Virus record (IMG/VR): IMGVR_UViG_3300031688_000128
Coordinates: 1 to 24,086 of that record
Source of the DNA: a virus
Taxonomy: Duplodnaviria; Caudoviricetes
Strand: one strand, 5' to 3'
Length of the DNA: 24,086 bases
Part shown: piece after piece, positions 1 to 7,247 of the stretch
Numbering within the stretch: the stretch's first letter is position 1
Layout of the letters: each line of letters begins with the position of its first letter
Position numbers and translations under genes: made by a program
The notes under the pieces: generated by a model
Seen by the model: only the letters and a program-made list of their open reading frames with translations
Told to the model about the DNA's origin: nothing
Databases searched by the model: none

Positions 1-130
1 TAAATATTTCTAATCTAGAGTCATCAGGTAATTGATTTAAAAATTTCTTAAACCTAGTACCTACAGCTTTTATAGGAAAATGTAATTCTCCATCTTTAAT
101 AGATGCTTTTATAAATAAATTATCTTTCAT
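1..130 (-). CDS. hypothetical protein, runs off window (5' part only)
   Basis: Hand translation from ATG at 130: MKDNLFIKASIKDGELHFPIKAVGTRFKKFLNQLPDDSRLEIF..., open to the window edge; overlaps the upstream gene's end. Confidence 0.6.
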   Translation of the reverse strand, partial: MKDNLFIKASIKDGELHFPIKAVGTRFKKFLNQLPDDSRLEIF

Positions 131-284
131 AAATAAATGCTAGATTGCATACAGCATAACCAACTACGAATAACATAGCCCCTAATAATACCCAAAAGCA
201 TCCTTTATATACTTTTTCCATTTTTTCAGGAGACCTACCCTGGTTACTTCTATACTGTCTAAACTTTTTTTCTTTCTTTGCCAT
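120..284 (-). CDS. small membrane protein (54 aa), not in ORF track
   Basis: Hand translation MAKKEKKFRQYRSNQGRSPEKMEKVYKGCFWVLLGAMLFVVGYAVCNLAFIYER*; basic N-terminus then one hydrophobic segment; tiles the operon. Confidence 0.65.
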   Translation of the reverse strand: MAKKEKKFRQYRSNQGRSPEKMEKVYKGCFWVLLGAMLFVVGYAVCNLAFIYER

Positions 285-285
285 A

Positions 286-426
286 TTATATTGGTTTTAT
301 ATTCCACAGTACACGGTAATCTGGATCATGAGGATCTAATTCTATATTAGATCTTTCATTAATCCATTTCCCATCTACAAAAATATAGGTTCTGGTGCTT
401 ATGCACTTAATTCTTTTTTCATTCAT
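286..426 (-). CDS. hypothetical protein (46 aa), not in ORF track
   Basis: Hand translation MNEKRIKCISTRTYIFVDGKWINERSNIELDPHDPDYRVLWNIKPI*; fills the gap exactly (stop 1 nt before the next ATG). Confidence 0.55.
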   Translation of the reverse strand: MNEKRIKCISTRTYIFVDGKWINERSNIELDPHDPDYRVLWNIKPI

Positions 427-667
427 GGGTCTCAAGTATTTTAGATTCTATATGGTGAGTGTGTATAAAGTCTGTAACATTAACATCTATACTATTACCA
501 TTTCTATCTTTAAGAAGAGCCCATATTGTATAAATTTCTATTGAAGCTGCTACACCAGGTGTACCAGGATCACCGTTAGATTCTGTCCATACAGTTTCTT
601 CTCCTGGATCATATGTGTATTCTATCTCTAATAGAGTGCCGTTGTACTCATATTCATAACTTAACAT
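419..667 (-). CDS. hypothetical acidic protein (82 aa; start revised from 724 to 667)
   Basis: ATG at 667 (MLSYEYEY...) overlaps the TAA of the upstream gene (TAATG coupling); the longer track version overlaps another gene. Confidence 0.7.
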   Translation of the reverse strand: MLSYEYEYNGTLLEIEYTYDPGEETVWTESNGDPGTPGVAASIEIYTIWALLKDRNGNSIDVNVTDFIHTHHIESKILETHE

Positions 668-903
668 TATAAAAATCTTAGAGCTGAACCAACATAAGTA
701 AATTCTTGAGCACACTCTAGACATTTAGCGTTAACTTCATTACGTAATAATGATGGTTGGTTACAATTAGGACAAGGTGTATCACCTTCGTTTATATATT
801 CTTCTATTGCTTTTCTAGATAAGCTGTGTATCATTGCATCGTGTGATCCTTGATACTCAAGCTCTTCTTGTCTTGCTATAAATAATTCTTTCATTTTTCC
901 CAT
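667..903 (-). CDS. zinc-ribbon protein
   Basis: C-terminal CPNC...CLEC pairs; alternative start at 894 would be ATGA-coupled to the upstream ORF. Confidence 0.7.
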   Translation of the reverse strand: MGKMKELFIARQEELEYQGSHDAMIHSLSRKAIEEYINEGDTPCPNCNQPSLLRNEVNAKCLECAQEFTYVGSALRFL

Positions 904-1043
904 TGTGTTGTTTTTTTAATATATTCTTGTTTATTTTCTGTATTATACCACTCCTCCATATGTATATCAAAATGTATTCTATAGTCAAATCCACCACAAA
1001 ATAATTTTCCACATCTACTACATTTGATGGTTGGTTTACACAT
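891..1043 (-). CDS. C2H2 zinc-finger microprotein (50 aa), not in ORF track
   Basis: Hand translation MCKPTIKCSRCGKLFCGGFDYRIHFDIHMEEWYNTENKQEYIKKTTQWEK*; C-x2-C-x3-F-x5-Y-x2-H-x3-H; A-rich leader; fills operon gap. Confidence 0.65.
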   Translation of the reverse strand: MCKPTIKCSRCGKLFCGGFDYRIHFDIHMEEWYNTENKQEYIKKTTQWEK

Positions 1044-1053
1044 TTTTTTATTG

Positions 1054-1221
1054 CTATAAAGAATTAAACTTTTCTCTTTTATGAACTAACATTTCTCTAA
1101 CAGTTAGTTCATTAAGTTCGGTTTTTATTGCTTTAATGCCTAAGTAATATCCATAGACGAATATTCCTGCAATTACAGATGTTGCTGCAATGATTGCTAT
1201 TACTACAAGTAGTGTTTCCAT
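1054..1221 (-). CDS. small membrane protein (55 aa), not in ORF track
   Basis: Hand translation METLLVVIAIIAATSVIAGIFVYGYYLGIKAIKTELNELTVREMLVHKREKFNSL*; N-terminal hydrophobic helix; starts 4 nt after the helicase stop. Confidence 0.65.
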   Translation of the reverse strand: METLLVVIAIIAATSVIAGIFVYGYYLGIKAIKTELNELTVREMLVHKREKFNSL

Positions 1222-1225
1222 AGTT

Positions 1226-2350
1226 TTAATTTTTTAAAGGATTATAATATTTAATTTTTGTTTCATCAAAGTCTTTAAGAGCTTTATCTACCCAGACTTC
1301 ATCCTGTGTGCCTCTATAGCATAGTATATGACATGTTGCAGTATCTGAAGGGTTTAACCTTAAAAGCCTTCCAATCCTCTGTGAGGACTTTCTTTCATTA
1401 CCGTATGCATGCATAATAATACCTTCTTTTAAATTAGGTATACTTACACCTTCTGATAATTGCAAGACACATGACAACTGGTCTATTCTACCATCTGAAA
1501 ATAACTCTAAATTATCTTCTGATAGTTTATTTCCAGAGTGATAACTATGCTTGCATAACTTATCTGCTTGTTTTTGGGTATTTGCAAATATAATACATTT
1601 AGACTTTAGTTTAGTAGTTAATGACTTAACATATAGTTCTTTAGTATTATATTCCATCAGTGCTCTCATCCTCATAATAGCAGCAAACTGTTTTTGTTTA
1701 GGTGATTGTGCTTCTGCTACTCTTGAGCTTACATAATTGTAATCTTTTAGTTCAGTAGTATACCAGTACCCACCATTCTTTTTAGTTTTCTTTAAGGTTG
1801 GTTGCTTGGATAGCTGTAACTGATGAACTATTATTCTATAATTATTTAAGATGTTTGAGTCTGTTGCTTGATCTACAGTAAATTTATACTTGATAGGACA
1901 ATATTTATTTACCATTATTGCTTTACTAGAGAAATCATCTTTAGGTGGTGTACCTGTTAATCCCAATATCTTACCTTTAAAATTAGATAAGAATACTTCA
2001 TGACTTTCTAATAAACTGTGACACTCATCTAAATAGACTATATCATAGTTATTTGGATTGTGTTTCTTTAATGATAAATATGTAGTAAACGTTATATGTT
2101 TAACTAAATCTTGCAAGTTTAACTTTTCTAACTCATCTATCCAGGCTTGCGCTACTGAATGTTTGGGTATAACAACTAAAGCCTCTATTAAAGGATTATA
2201 AGAATACTGAAGGTGCTGTATTGCAATTCTTGTTTTACCTACACCCATAGATATACCTAAACCACATCTTTTATTAGCTTTAGCTATTTCTAATGCTTCA
2301 TTTTGTATTATGCTTCTATTAGAAATAGACGTATTAATATTTGCTGCCAT
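1226..2350 (-). CDS. superfamily 2 DExH helicase (UvsW/T5 D10-like); start likely ATG 2350 rather than TTG 2383
   Basis: Motif I GISMGVGKT, motif II DECH, motif III TGT, motif V LSEGVSIP, motif VI QRIGRLLR. Confidence 0.9.
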   Translation of the reverse strand: MAANINTSISNRSIIQNEALEIAKANKRCGLGISMGVGKTRIAIQHLQYSYNPLIEALVVIPKHSVAQAWIDELEKLNLQDLVKHITFTTYLSLKKHNPNNYDIVYLDECHSLLESHEVFLSNFKGKILGLTGTPPKDDFSSKAIMVNKYCPIKYKFTVDQATDSNILNNYRIIVHQLQLSKQPTLKKTKKNGGYWYTTELKDYNYVSSRVAEAQSPKQKQFAAIMRMRALMEYNTKELYVKSLTTKLKSKCIIFANTQKQADKLCKHSYHSGNKLSEDNLELFSDGRIDQLSCVLQLSEGVSIPNLKEGIIMHAYGNERKSSQRIGRLLRLNPSDTATCHILCYRGTQDEVWVDKALKDFDETKIKYYNPLKN

Positions 2351-2424
2351 ATAATTATCGTTATTGTTAGAATTGCTGTCCAAACCACTATTTTTAGCAG
2401 TTTATCTTTTTGATATTGTTTCAT
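2308..2424 (-). CDS. single-TM microprotein (38 aa), not in ORF track
   Basis: Hand translation MKQYQKDKLLKIVVWTAILTITIIIWQQILIRLFLIEA*; ATG 2 nt after the upstream stop. Confidence 0.55.
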   Translation of the reverse strand: MKQYQKDKLLKIVVWTAILTITIIIWQQILIRLFLIEA

Positions 2425-2426
2425 GA

Positions 2427-2828
2427 TTAAATTCTTTTTTCTGAGTAACCAAGTTCAATTGCTTCATCAGGATGTTCTTCTATATAATTATGACATGGCC
2501 TACATACTGATAGCCAAGTACTAACTACTAAATGGTATTGCCCGCGTCCTTTTTTATGATGAACATCAGTTGCTCCTCCATTACAACAATGTAATGCAGC
2601 CTCACACATAGGATTTTCTTCCATAAACTTACGTCTTAGCTTTGAATAAGCTAAGTCTAACACCTGCATCTTTTTAGACTTAGGGTTAATGCGCTTTCTA
2701 GCCAGCGGTTTAGTAGTCTGCTTTGCTTTATACCAGCAACTTTTGCAATACCGGCTGCCTTTATCATTTTTCCAAATGAACTGCTCAGTATTGCAATTGT
2801 TACATAGCTTTCTTTTTTGCTCAATCAT
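2427..2828 (-). CDS. HNH-type endonuclease with N-terminal Cys4 zinc ribbon
   Basis: N-terminal CNNC...CKSC; C-terminal C...DVHHKKGR...VCRPCHNYI, a betabetaalpha-metal HNH pattern. Confidence 0.75.
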   Translation of the reverse strand: MIEQKRKLCNNCNTEQFIWKNDKGSRYCKSCWYKAKQTTKPLARKRINPKSKKMQVLDLAYSKLRRKFMEENPMCEAALHCCNGGATDVHHKKGRGQYHLVVSTWLSVCRPCHNYIEEHPDEAIELGYSEKRI

Positions 2829-3367
2829 GCTTTTAAAGCTTGTTGATTACTATTAGGTTTTAACGTCAAATAATTTTTAGGTAATAAACCTTTAGACATA
2901 AATAATAGTATTACGTCTTCATAATCTATGTTTAACTCTTTAAAAGTTAACTTATTATGATAGTCTTCTAATATCTCATCACATGGAACTGATATAATAA
3001 ACTCCATAGCAGGACCTGTAAAGGTTCTTGCAAAGAATCCATTAACCCTTTTATTAGTTATAGTTTGCTTCCACGCATTGATTTCTCTTTGGGATCTTTT
3101 CCAGACTTTAGATATTCTTCTCTTTTTATCCCAGTGTAACTTAGCAACTTCATCTTTAGTATAAACATTAAGGCCGTGTAGCACTCTCTTAAATAAGAAA
3201 TGCTGATAAGGATTTAACTTTTTATATTCAAACGAATTAATTATTGAGGTTGGGTGTAATTGGTATTCTTCCAATATTCCATAATAGTGGTAACGTTGCA
3301 GTCGTTGAGACAATAAGTTCTGACTTTCTTTTTGTTGTAATTGGGTGACTTGTTCTTGAGATAGCAT
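2825..3367 (-). CDS. hypothetical protein (180 aa)
   Basis: Long ORF in operon, 4-nt overlap with the next gene; no motif recognised. Confidence 0.8.
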   Translation of the reverse strand: MLSQEQVTQLQQKESQNLLSQRLQRYHYYGILEEYQLHPTSIINSFEYKKLNPYQHFLFKRVLHGLNVYTKDEVAKLHWDKKRRISKVWKRSQREINAWKQTITNKRVNGFFARTFTGPAMEFIISVPCDEILEDYHNKLTFKELNIDYEDVILLFMSKGLLPKNYLTLKPNSNQQALKA

Positions 3368-3409
3368 ATGGCATGTGGTTTTATAAGTTTAAAGATTAGT
3401 GTTAGATAT

Positions 3410-3470
3410 AAAAATGAGAGAGGCTACTGCATGTACCCATCAGTAATTAATTCCCTATAGGGAAACCTCA
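3410..3470 (-). other. structured intergenic element (possible three-way junction or terminator)
   Basis: Perfect palindrome TTCCCTATAGGGAA 3451-3464, hairpin TACTG/CAGTA 3425-3445, closing GAGG/CCTC, then U5 on the minus strand. Confidence 0.45.
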
Positions 3471-3490
3471 AGCATTCTTTAGAATTTTAG

Positions 3491-4060
3491 TTATAGTTCA
3501 AAAGTTTCTTCTTCAAGAACTTCTTCTTCTACTACTTCTTCAGCAACAACTTCTGTATTGTCATCTGATTCTTTCTCTGGATCTTCAAAGCCAAATGCTT
3601 CAGCTGCAGATGTATTATTATCTACTGCATTGTTTGTTTCAGAACTATTTGCATCTTTAATGGCTTGACCATTGTTATGTGCAATTAAGACATCCTCTGC
3701 TGTAGCATCTGCTACAAAGAATGTTTTCCTATAAATAGGTTGTCCGTCAACAGCACATATGATGCCTGTTTCGCCAGCTTTTTTGTAGTCTCTATCAGGG
3801 TCATTTTTACTAAATGGCTCTAAAGATTCTTTAATAACAATTTTACCTGGTAATGAATCCATAGTATCAAGTCCTAATTCTTTTAGGTCTTCTAGTTTAC
3901 CGTGTAATAATGTACTGATGTTTGATTTTTTAACCCAACCTCCATTACCAAATGTTACTCTGGTTTGTTGCAGTCTTACATGACCGAATTCTGGATTTGA
4001 GCTAGATTGGCGTACAACATTTCCCATGTCATCCGCAAGGATGTTTACTTTACTTTGCAT
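3491..4060 (-). CDS. hypothetical protein, SSB-like candidate
   Basis: Beta-rich-looking N-terminal domain plus very acidic tail ending in hydrophobic residues (EEVVEEEVLEEETFEL), as in phage SSBs; near helicase. Function is inference. Confidence 0.5.
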   Translation of the reverse strand: MQSKVNILADDMGNVVRQSSSNPEFGHVRLQQTRVTFGNGGWVKKSNISTLLHGKLEDLKELGLDTMDSLPGKIVIKESLEPFSKNDPDRDYKKAGETGIICAVDGQPIYRKTFFVADATAEDVLIAHNNGQAIKDANSSETNNAVDNNTSAAEAFGFEDPEKESDDNTEVVAEEVVEEEVLEEETFEL

Positions 4061-4105
4061 AATAAATTGTTTTTGAAATTAATAAATGATTGGAGTGTCT
4101 ATCTA

Positions 4106-4378
4106 TTAGACATCATCCGAGTGAAAATACGGGTCTTCCAGTTTTTCATAAGCTTCTATTTCATCAAGACCTGGTTCATATTCTTGAACTGAGTCTATTA
4201 TCTCTGGATCTATTTCCATACGAGACTTTCCTGAAAACTTATTGTAAAATGGATCACCCACTTCTTTGGTATATGAAGTACTTAAGCCGTTAAGATCATT
4301 TACCTCTTGATCTGTAAGAGATAAATATTGTTCTAGAGAACACTCAACTATTCTGCCATTGGGTAACTGTATTATCAT
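4106..4378 (-). CDS. hypothetical acidic protein (90 aa)
   Basis: ORF with A-rich leader on the operon strand; minus-strand TATTTTTG (TAnnTTTG) at 4401-4408 just upstream. Confidence 0.75.
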   Translation of the reverse strand: MIIQLPNGRIVECSLEQYLSLTDQEVNDLNGLSTSYTKEVGDPFYNKFSGKSRMEIDPEIIDSVQEYEPGLDEIEAYEKLEDPYFHSDDV

Positions 4379-4475
4379 TTTATTATGTTAGTAAGTCTAA
4401 CAAAAATAATTAAAAATACATTCCCAACTGGTTTAATAGATAAATGATTTGCTTAAATACATAATTTAATAAGCA

Positions 4476-4492
4476 TATATATAGCTAACGTT
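4476..4492 (-). promoter_or_regulatory. repeated motif AACGTTAGCTATATATA, copy 1
   Basis: Core CGTTAGCTATATA at 4478-4490 (minus), identical to 6610-6622 and 17991-18003; intergenic. Confidence 0.6.
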
Positions 4493-4750
4493 TCATTTAA
4501 TTAGCAATTTTCTACCTATTCTCTTGATGAGATCCTTTGTTTTTAGTTCTTTAATCAACCTTTTGATAGTTCTTTCACTAACATTTAAGTCATTAGACAG
4601 TGTTGATATTGAAGGAAAACAAGTTCTCTCTTTGTTTGCATAACAAGCTAATGCAGAATATAATGCTTTGGCTTGCAATGTAATGTTAGGAGCAAGTATA
4701 ATGTCACGTGAGACAATACCAAACCTATATTTATCAGGTTGTTGTATCAA
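4493..4750 (-). CDS. helix-turn-helix protein (HTH_36-like, phage replication-initiator N-terminal type)
   Basis: AKALYSALACYA...CFPSISTLSNDLNVSERTIKRLIKELKTKDLI pattern; TTG start uncertain. Confidence 0.8.
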   Translation of the reverse strand: MIQQPDKYRFGIVSRDIILAPNITLQAKALYSALACYANKERTCFPSISTLSNDLNVSERTIKRLIKELKTKDLIKRIGRKLLIK

Positions 4751-4949
4751 GATGCTTTTTAATAATTATTAACAGCGCCTGGTTATGATCTTCTTCTTCA
4801 GCCAATACATCATCATTAAAATGATATTTGATATTTATATTCTTACCGAAGTAGTTCATTTTACCATTAGGTGTCCTATCTATAGATTTCTTTATCTTTA
4901 AATAATCTTTATACTCACGCGTTAATAGCTCCATGCTTATCTTTGCCAT
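4734..4949 (-). CDS. hypothetical protein (71 aa)
   Basis: Operon-tiling ORF with ATG start. Confidence 0.7.
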   Translation of the reverse strand: MAKISMELLTREYKDYLKIKKSIDRTPNGKMNYFGKNINIKYHFNDDVLAEEEDHNQALLIIIKKHLDTTT

Positions 4950-4960
4950 AATATTTAAGT

Positions 4961-5497
4961 TTAAATTTCTAAGTTAGTTTGGTTAGGATCTTCTATGATC
5001 TCTTCAAAGAATTCTAAATGACTTTTATCATTAAACTTTGGTAGATCTGATTTATCAATAGCTTTTAAATCAAAGGTACTAACTGTTTCTTCTTGAGTAG
5101 CTACAGTATCATCAGTCCATACATAAACTTGTATCTTCATGGTACCGAAGTAAGGATTAAATTCCCCATCAGTACTCCATGAACCATCTTGATCAACAAT
5201 ACCATAGACATAACCGTCTTCAGTCATTAGTTTTTTATCTATCATAACATCTCTATCATAGTGAGATGAGTATGATGATGGTTTAAAAGTTACATGATCA
5301 CCAATTTTGAATGGCTTACGTTCTTTCTTTGCTAACACAAGAGTTATTAATGCACTTACAGAATGCTCAGGAAGCGATATTAATAAGTCTGTGATGTGTT
5401 TACTATTCTTTTCTGTTCCTAGACCTTTTGCATCAACCAAGGTGCTTAAAACGTCTTTAATTGAGTCTTGAGCTATTGTATAAGTTTTTGTTTTCAT
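4961..5497 (-). CDS. hypothetical protein (178 aa), possible SH3-like beta barrel
   Basis: Long ORF; FKIGDHVTF segment resembles the start of KOW/SH3-like domains. Confidence 0.75.
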   Translation of the reverse strand: MKTKTYTIAQDSIKDVLSTLVDAKGLGTEKNSKHITDLLISLPEHSVSALITLVLAKKERKPFKIGDHVTFKPSSYSSHYDRDVMIDKKLMTEDGYVYGIVDQDGSWSTDGEFNPYFGTMKIQVYVWTDDTVATQEETVSTFDLKAIDKSDLPKFNDKSHLEFFEEIIEDPNQTNLEI

Positions 5498-5522
5498 TTA
5501 ATTAGATTTACAAATTAATAGT

Positions 5523-5580
5523 AAGACGAGATAGAGTGGTGTAATGTATTAGACCATTACTAACCACTCAAATCTGTCTT
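5523..5580 (-). other. long imperfect intergenic stem-loop
   Basis: AAGAC/GTCTT, AGAT/ATCT, GAGTGGT/ACCACTC and GTAATG/CATTAC nested pairings around an 8-nt loop. Confidence 0.55.
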
Positions 5581-5679
5581 TGGTTACCACTTACTTAACC
5601 ATAATTTCTTAGCCTAACTACCTAGTATTATTATAGTATATTATTACTGGTGTTGTTAGGGTGTCTGTGGTGGCACTTT

Positions 5680-6012
5680 TTATTTTCTTCTTGGCTGTAT
5701 TTCTATAATTAAGAAAGGTACCGCAATTAGAACTGTTGGTTTCATAGCATTTCTATCATAAGCGATACAAAAACCTATTACTAGACCGGTTTCAAATGTT
5801 ATAGCAGGTAACAACTTAGTGTTACTTAATACTGCACTGTAAAAGAAAGCATTGAATAGAGTTAGAAATGTAAGTATACCCAATGCAACTATAACCATAA
5901 CAGGTGTATGTTCCCAATTGGTTATAACTAAATAGATACTGGATACTGATACAACTACTGGTAGTATTATTACGAATAGAAGTTTGACGAGGTACTTTAA
6001 TGTTTTTTTCAT
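5680..6012 (-). CDS. multi-pass membrane protein (110 aa)
   Basis: At least two long and two shorter hydrophobic segments. Confidence 0.75.
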   Translation of the reverse strand: MKKTLKYLVKLLFVIILPVVVSVSSIYLVITNWEHTPVMVIVALGILTFLTLFNAFFYSAVLSNTKLLPAITFETGLVIGFCIAYDRNAMKPTVLIAVPFLIIEIQPRRK

Positions 6013-6032
6013 GATGGTTTATTTAAGTGGAT

Positions 6033-6314
6033 TTAATTATAAGTCTTTACGTATGATAGATAGGTTTCTATACTATCTCTTTCTTGAATTTCTATTATAT
6101 CATGTTCAATAGCCAAGTGCTTAAGCTCATCATTACGATTAAACGTCTTTTCTATTAGATCATTTAATGGATGCGTTAAGTCTTTTTCTTTGATACGATA
6201 TACTTTATGACCAGTACTAAATGTTAGTGTGTCATCTTCATTGTACAATACTACGCCTATCATAGACTTGTATTGCATAATGGATTGTGGTTTAAGAATG
6301 ATTGTTCTTTGCAT
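6033..6314 (-). CDS. hypothetical protein (93 aa)
   Basis: ATG preceded by A-rich AAAACCAC leader; operon strand. Confidence 0.7.
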   Translation of the reverse strand: MQRTIILKPQSIMQYKSMIGVVLYNEDDTLTFSTGHKVYRIKEKDLTHPLNDLIEKTFNRNDELKHLAIEHDIIEIQERDSIETYLSYVKTYN

Positions 6315-6392
6315 GTGGTTTTAATTTTAGTGGTGATTGTGGTTTATGATCCCAATTATTTAAGCACGCCATTGGTAGGCTAATGTAATAGT

Positions 6393-6503
6393 TTATGATT
6401 CTGTTTGATATCTATAGTCATACTGTTCTATAAAATCTAAGAATGAATCTACTTGATCCTTCTCTAGTTGTCTAAGTTGCTCTTCAGTGTATGGTATTTG
6501 CAT
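6393..6503 (-). CDS. acidic microprotein (36 aa), not in ORF track
   Basis: Hand translation MQIPYTEEQLRQLEKDQVDSFLDFIEQYDYRYQTES*; helical, protein-like composition. Confidence 0.45.
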   Translation of the reverse strand: MQIPYTEEQLRQLEKDQVDSFLDFIEQYDYRYQTES

Positions 6504-6609
6504 ATGTGATAATTTTAAGATTACGGATAATATGATACTATTCCTATAGAGAGAGAGACAACAAACTATTATGTCATTGTCATGAGATTCTCTCTTGTAT
6601 TATTACTTG

Positions 6610-6624
6610 CGTTAGCTATATATA
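6610..6624 (+). promoter_or_regulatory. repeated motif CGTTAGCTATATATA, copy 2
   Basis: 15-nt identity to the minus-strand copy at 4476-4490; lies in the large noncoding region. Confidence 0.6.
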
Positions 6625-6650
6625 ATAATAAGGGTGATAGTATTTATTTG

Positions 6651-6690
6651 AGTGGTAATAAGTGGTGTTATGTGGTATATGAGAGGTCAT
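6651..6690. repeat. 10-bp-phased direct repeats (GTGGT core)
   Basis: AGTGGTAATA AGTGGTGTTA TGTGGTATAT: GTGGT at 6652, 6662, 6672; degenerate GAGGT at 6683. Confidence 0.6.
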
Positions 6691-6869
6691 CTTCACAATG
6701 TATCACACACTTGAATATAAATTACTTTTTAATAAACAATTAGGTGAGTAACTGCAACTATTAGCTAGGGAGCAGAGAGAAGCGACTGAAAGGAGCAGCT
6801 GAAGAGCAGATAGATAGGAATGACCGGTTATTTATCTTTGTTTGTGTCTAAAAGTATGAGCTCAAGTAA

Positions 6870-6910
6870 CAAACAAGTAACAATAAGAGGAGAGTTGTTA
6901 CACCCTCCTC
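6870..6910 (-). terminator. probable intrinsic terminator of 6918..7247
   Basis: Minus strand GAGGAGGGT-GTAACA-ACTCTCCTC (9 bp, one G-U) then TTATTGTTACTTGTTT, 7 nt after the stop. Confidence 0.6.
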
Positions 6911-6917
6911 CATTATA

Positions 6918-7247
6918 CTATACTGCCTCAACCCATCTCAGAGTTGTTGGTTCCTTGGTTACCATATCCATCACGAAGTTATCCGTCATTTGGAATCCAT
7001 CCATCTCATCACCCACATTAAGAGTCTGCTTAATAGCAGCAATGGTTGGATGGTCAGCTCTCATAGTCTCACCAGTTTCAGGGTCCATAAGGCTTAAGAC
7101 GCCAAATGATATATCACTGTTGCTACGTGTTGCCACAGGCATCCCTGCCAGTGTTGTCACCTTGTTGCTTAGAGCAGATGATGATACAATTACTGTTGCG
7201 CTGTTTCTTGCAGCGTTAATGTTTACTTTTCTAAAGAATACACTCAT
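6918..7247 (-). CDS. hypothetical protein (109 aa), first gene of the leftward arm
   Basis: ATG start, followed by its own hairpin terminator; visibly more GC-rich than neighbours. Confidence 0.75.
   Translation of the reverse strand: MSVFFRKVNINAARNSATVIVSSSALSNKVTTLAGMPVATRSNSDISFGVLSLMDPETGETMRADHPTIAAIKQTLNVGDEMDGFQMTDNFVMDMVTKEPTTLRWVEAV

Noticed and set aside
1081-1112. Perfect 10-bp inverted repeat ATGAACTAAC/GTTAGTTCAT
   Set aside because: Lies inside a small CDS, AT-rich, no U-tract on the coding strand; could be real but has no other support.
3410-3470. Hammerhead ribozyme
   Set aside because: Minus strand has CTGATGG rather than CUGANGA and no correctly placed GAAA; the core is not satisfied on either strand.
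6616-6690. 24-codon His/Tyr-rich minus-strand ORF (MTSHIPHNTTYYHSNKYYHPYYYI)
   Set aside because: Very short; its composition is explained by the GTGGT repeats and AT runs.
6651-6690. CRISPR mini-array
   Set aside because: Repeat core is 5 nt at 10-nt period with no spacers of CRISPR length.
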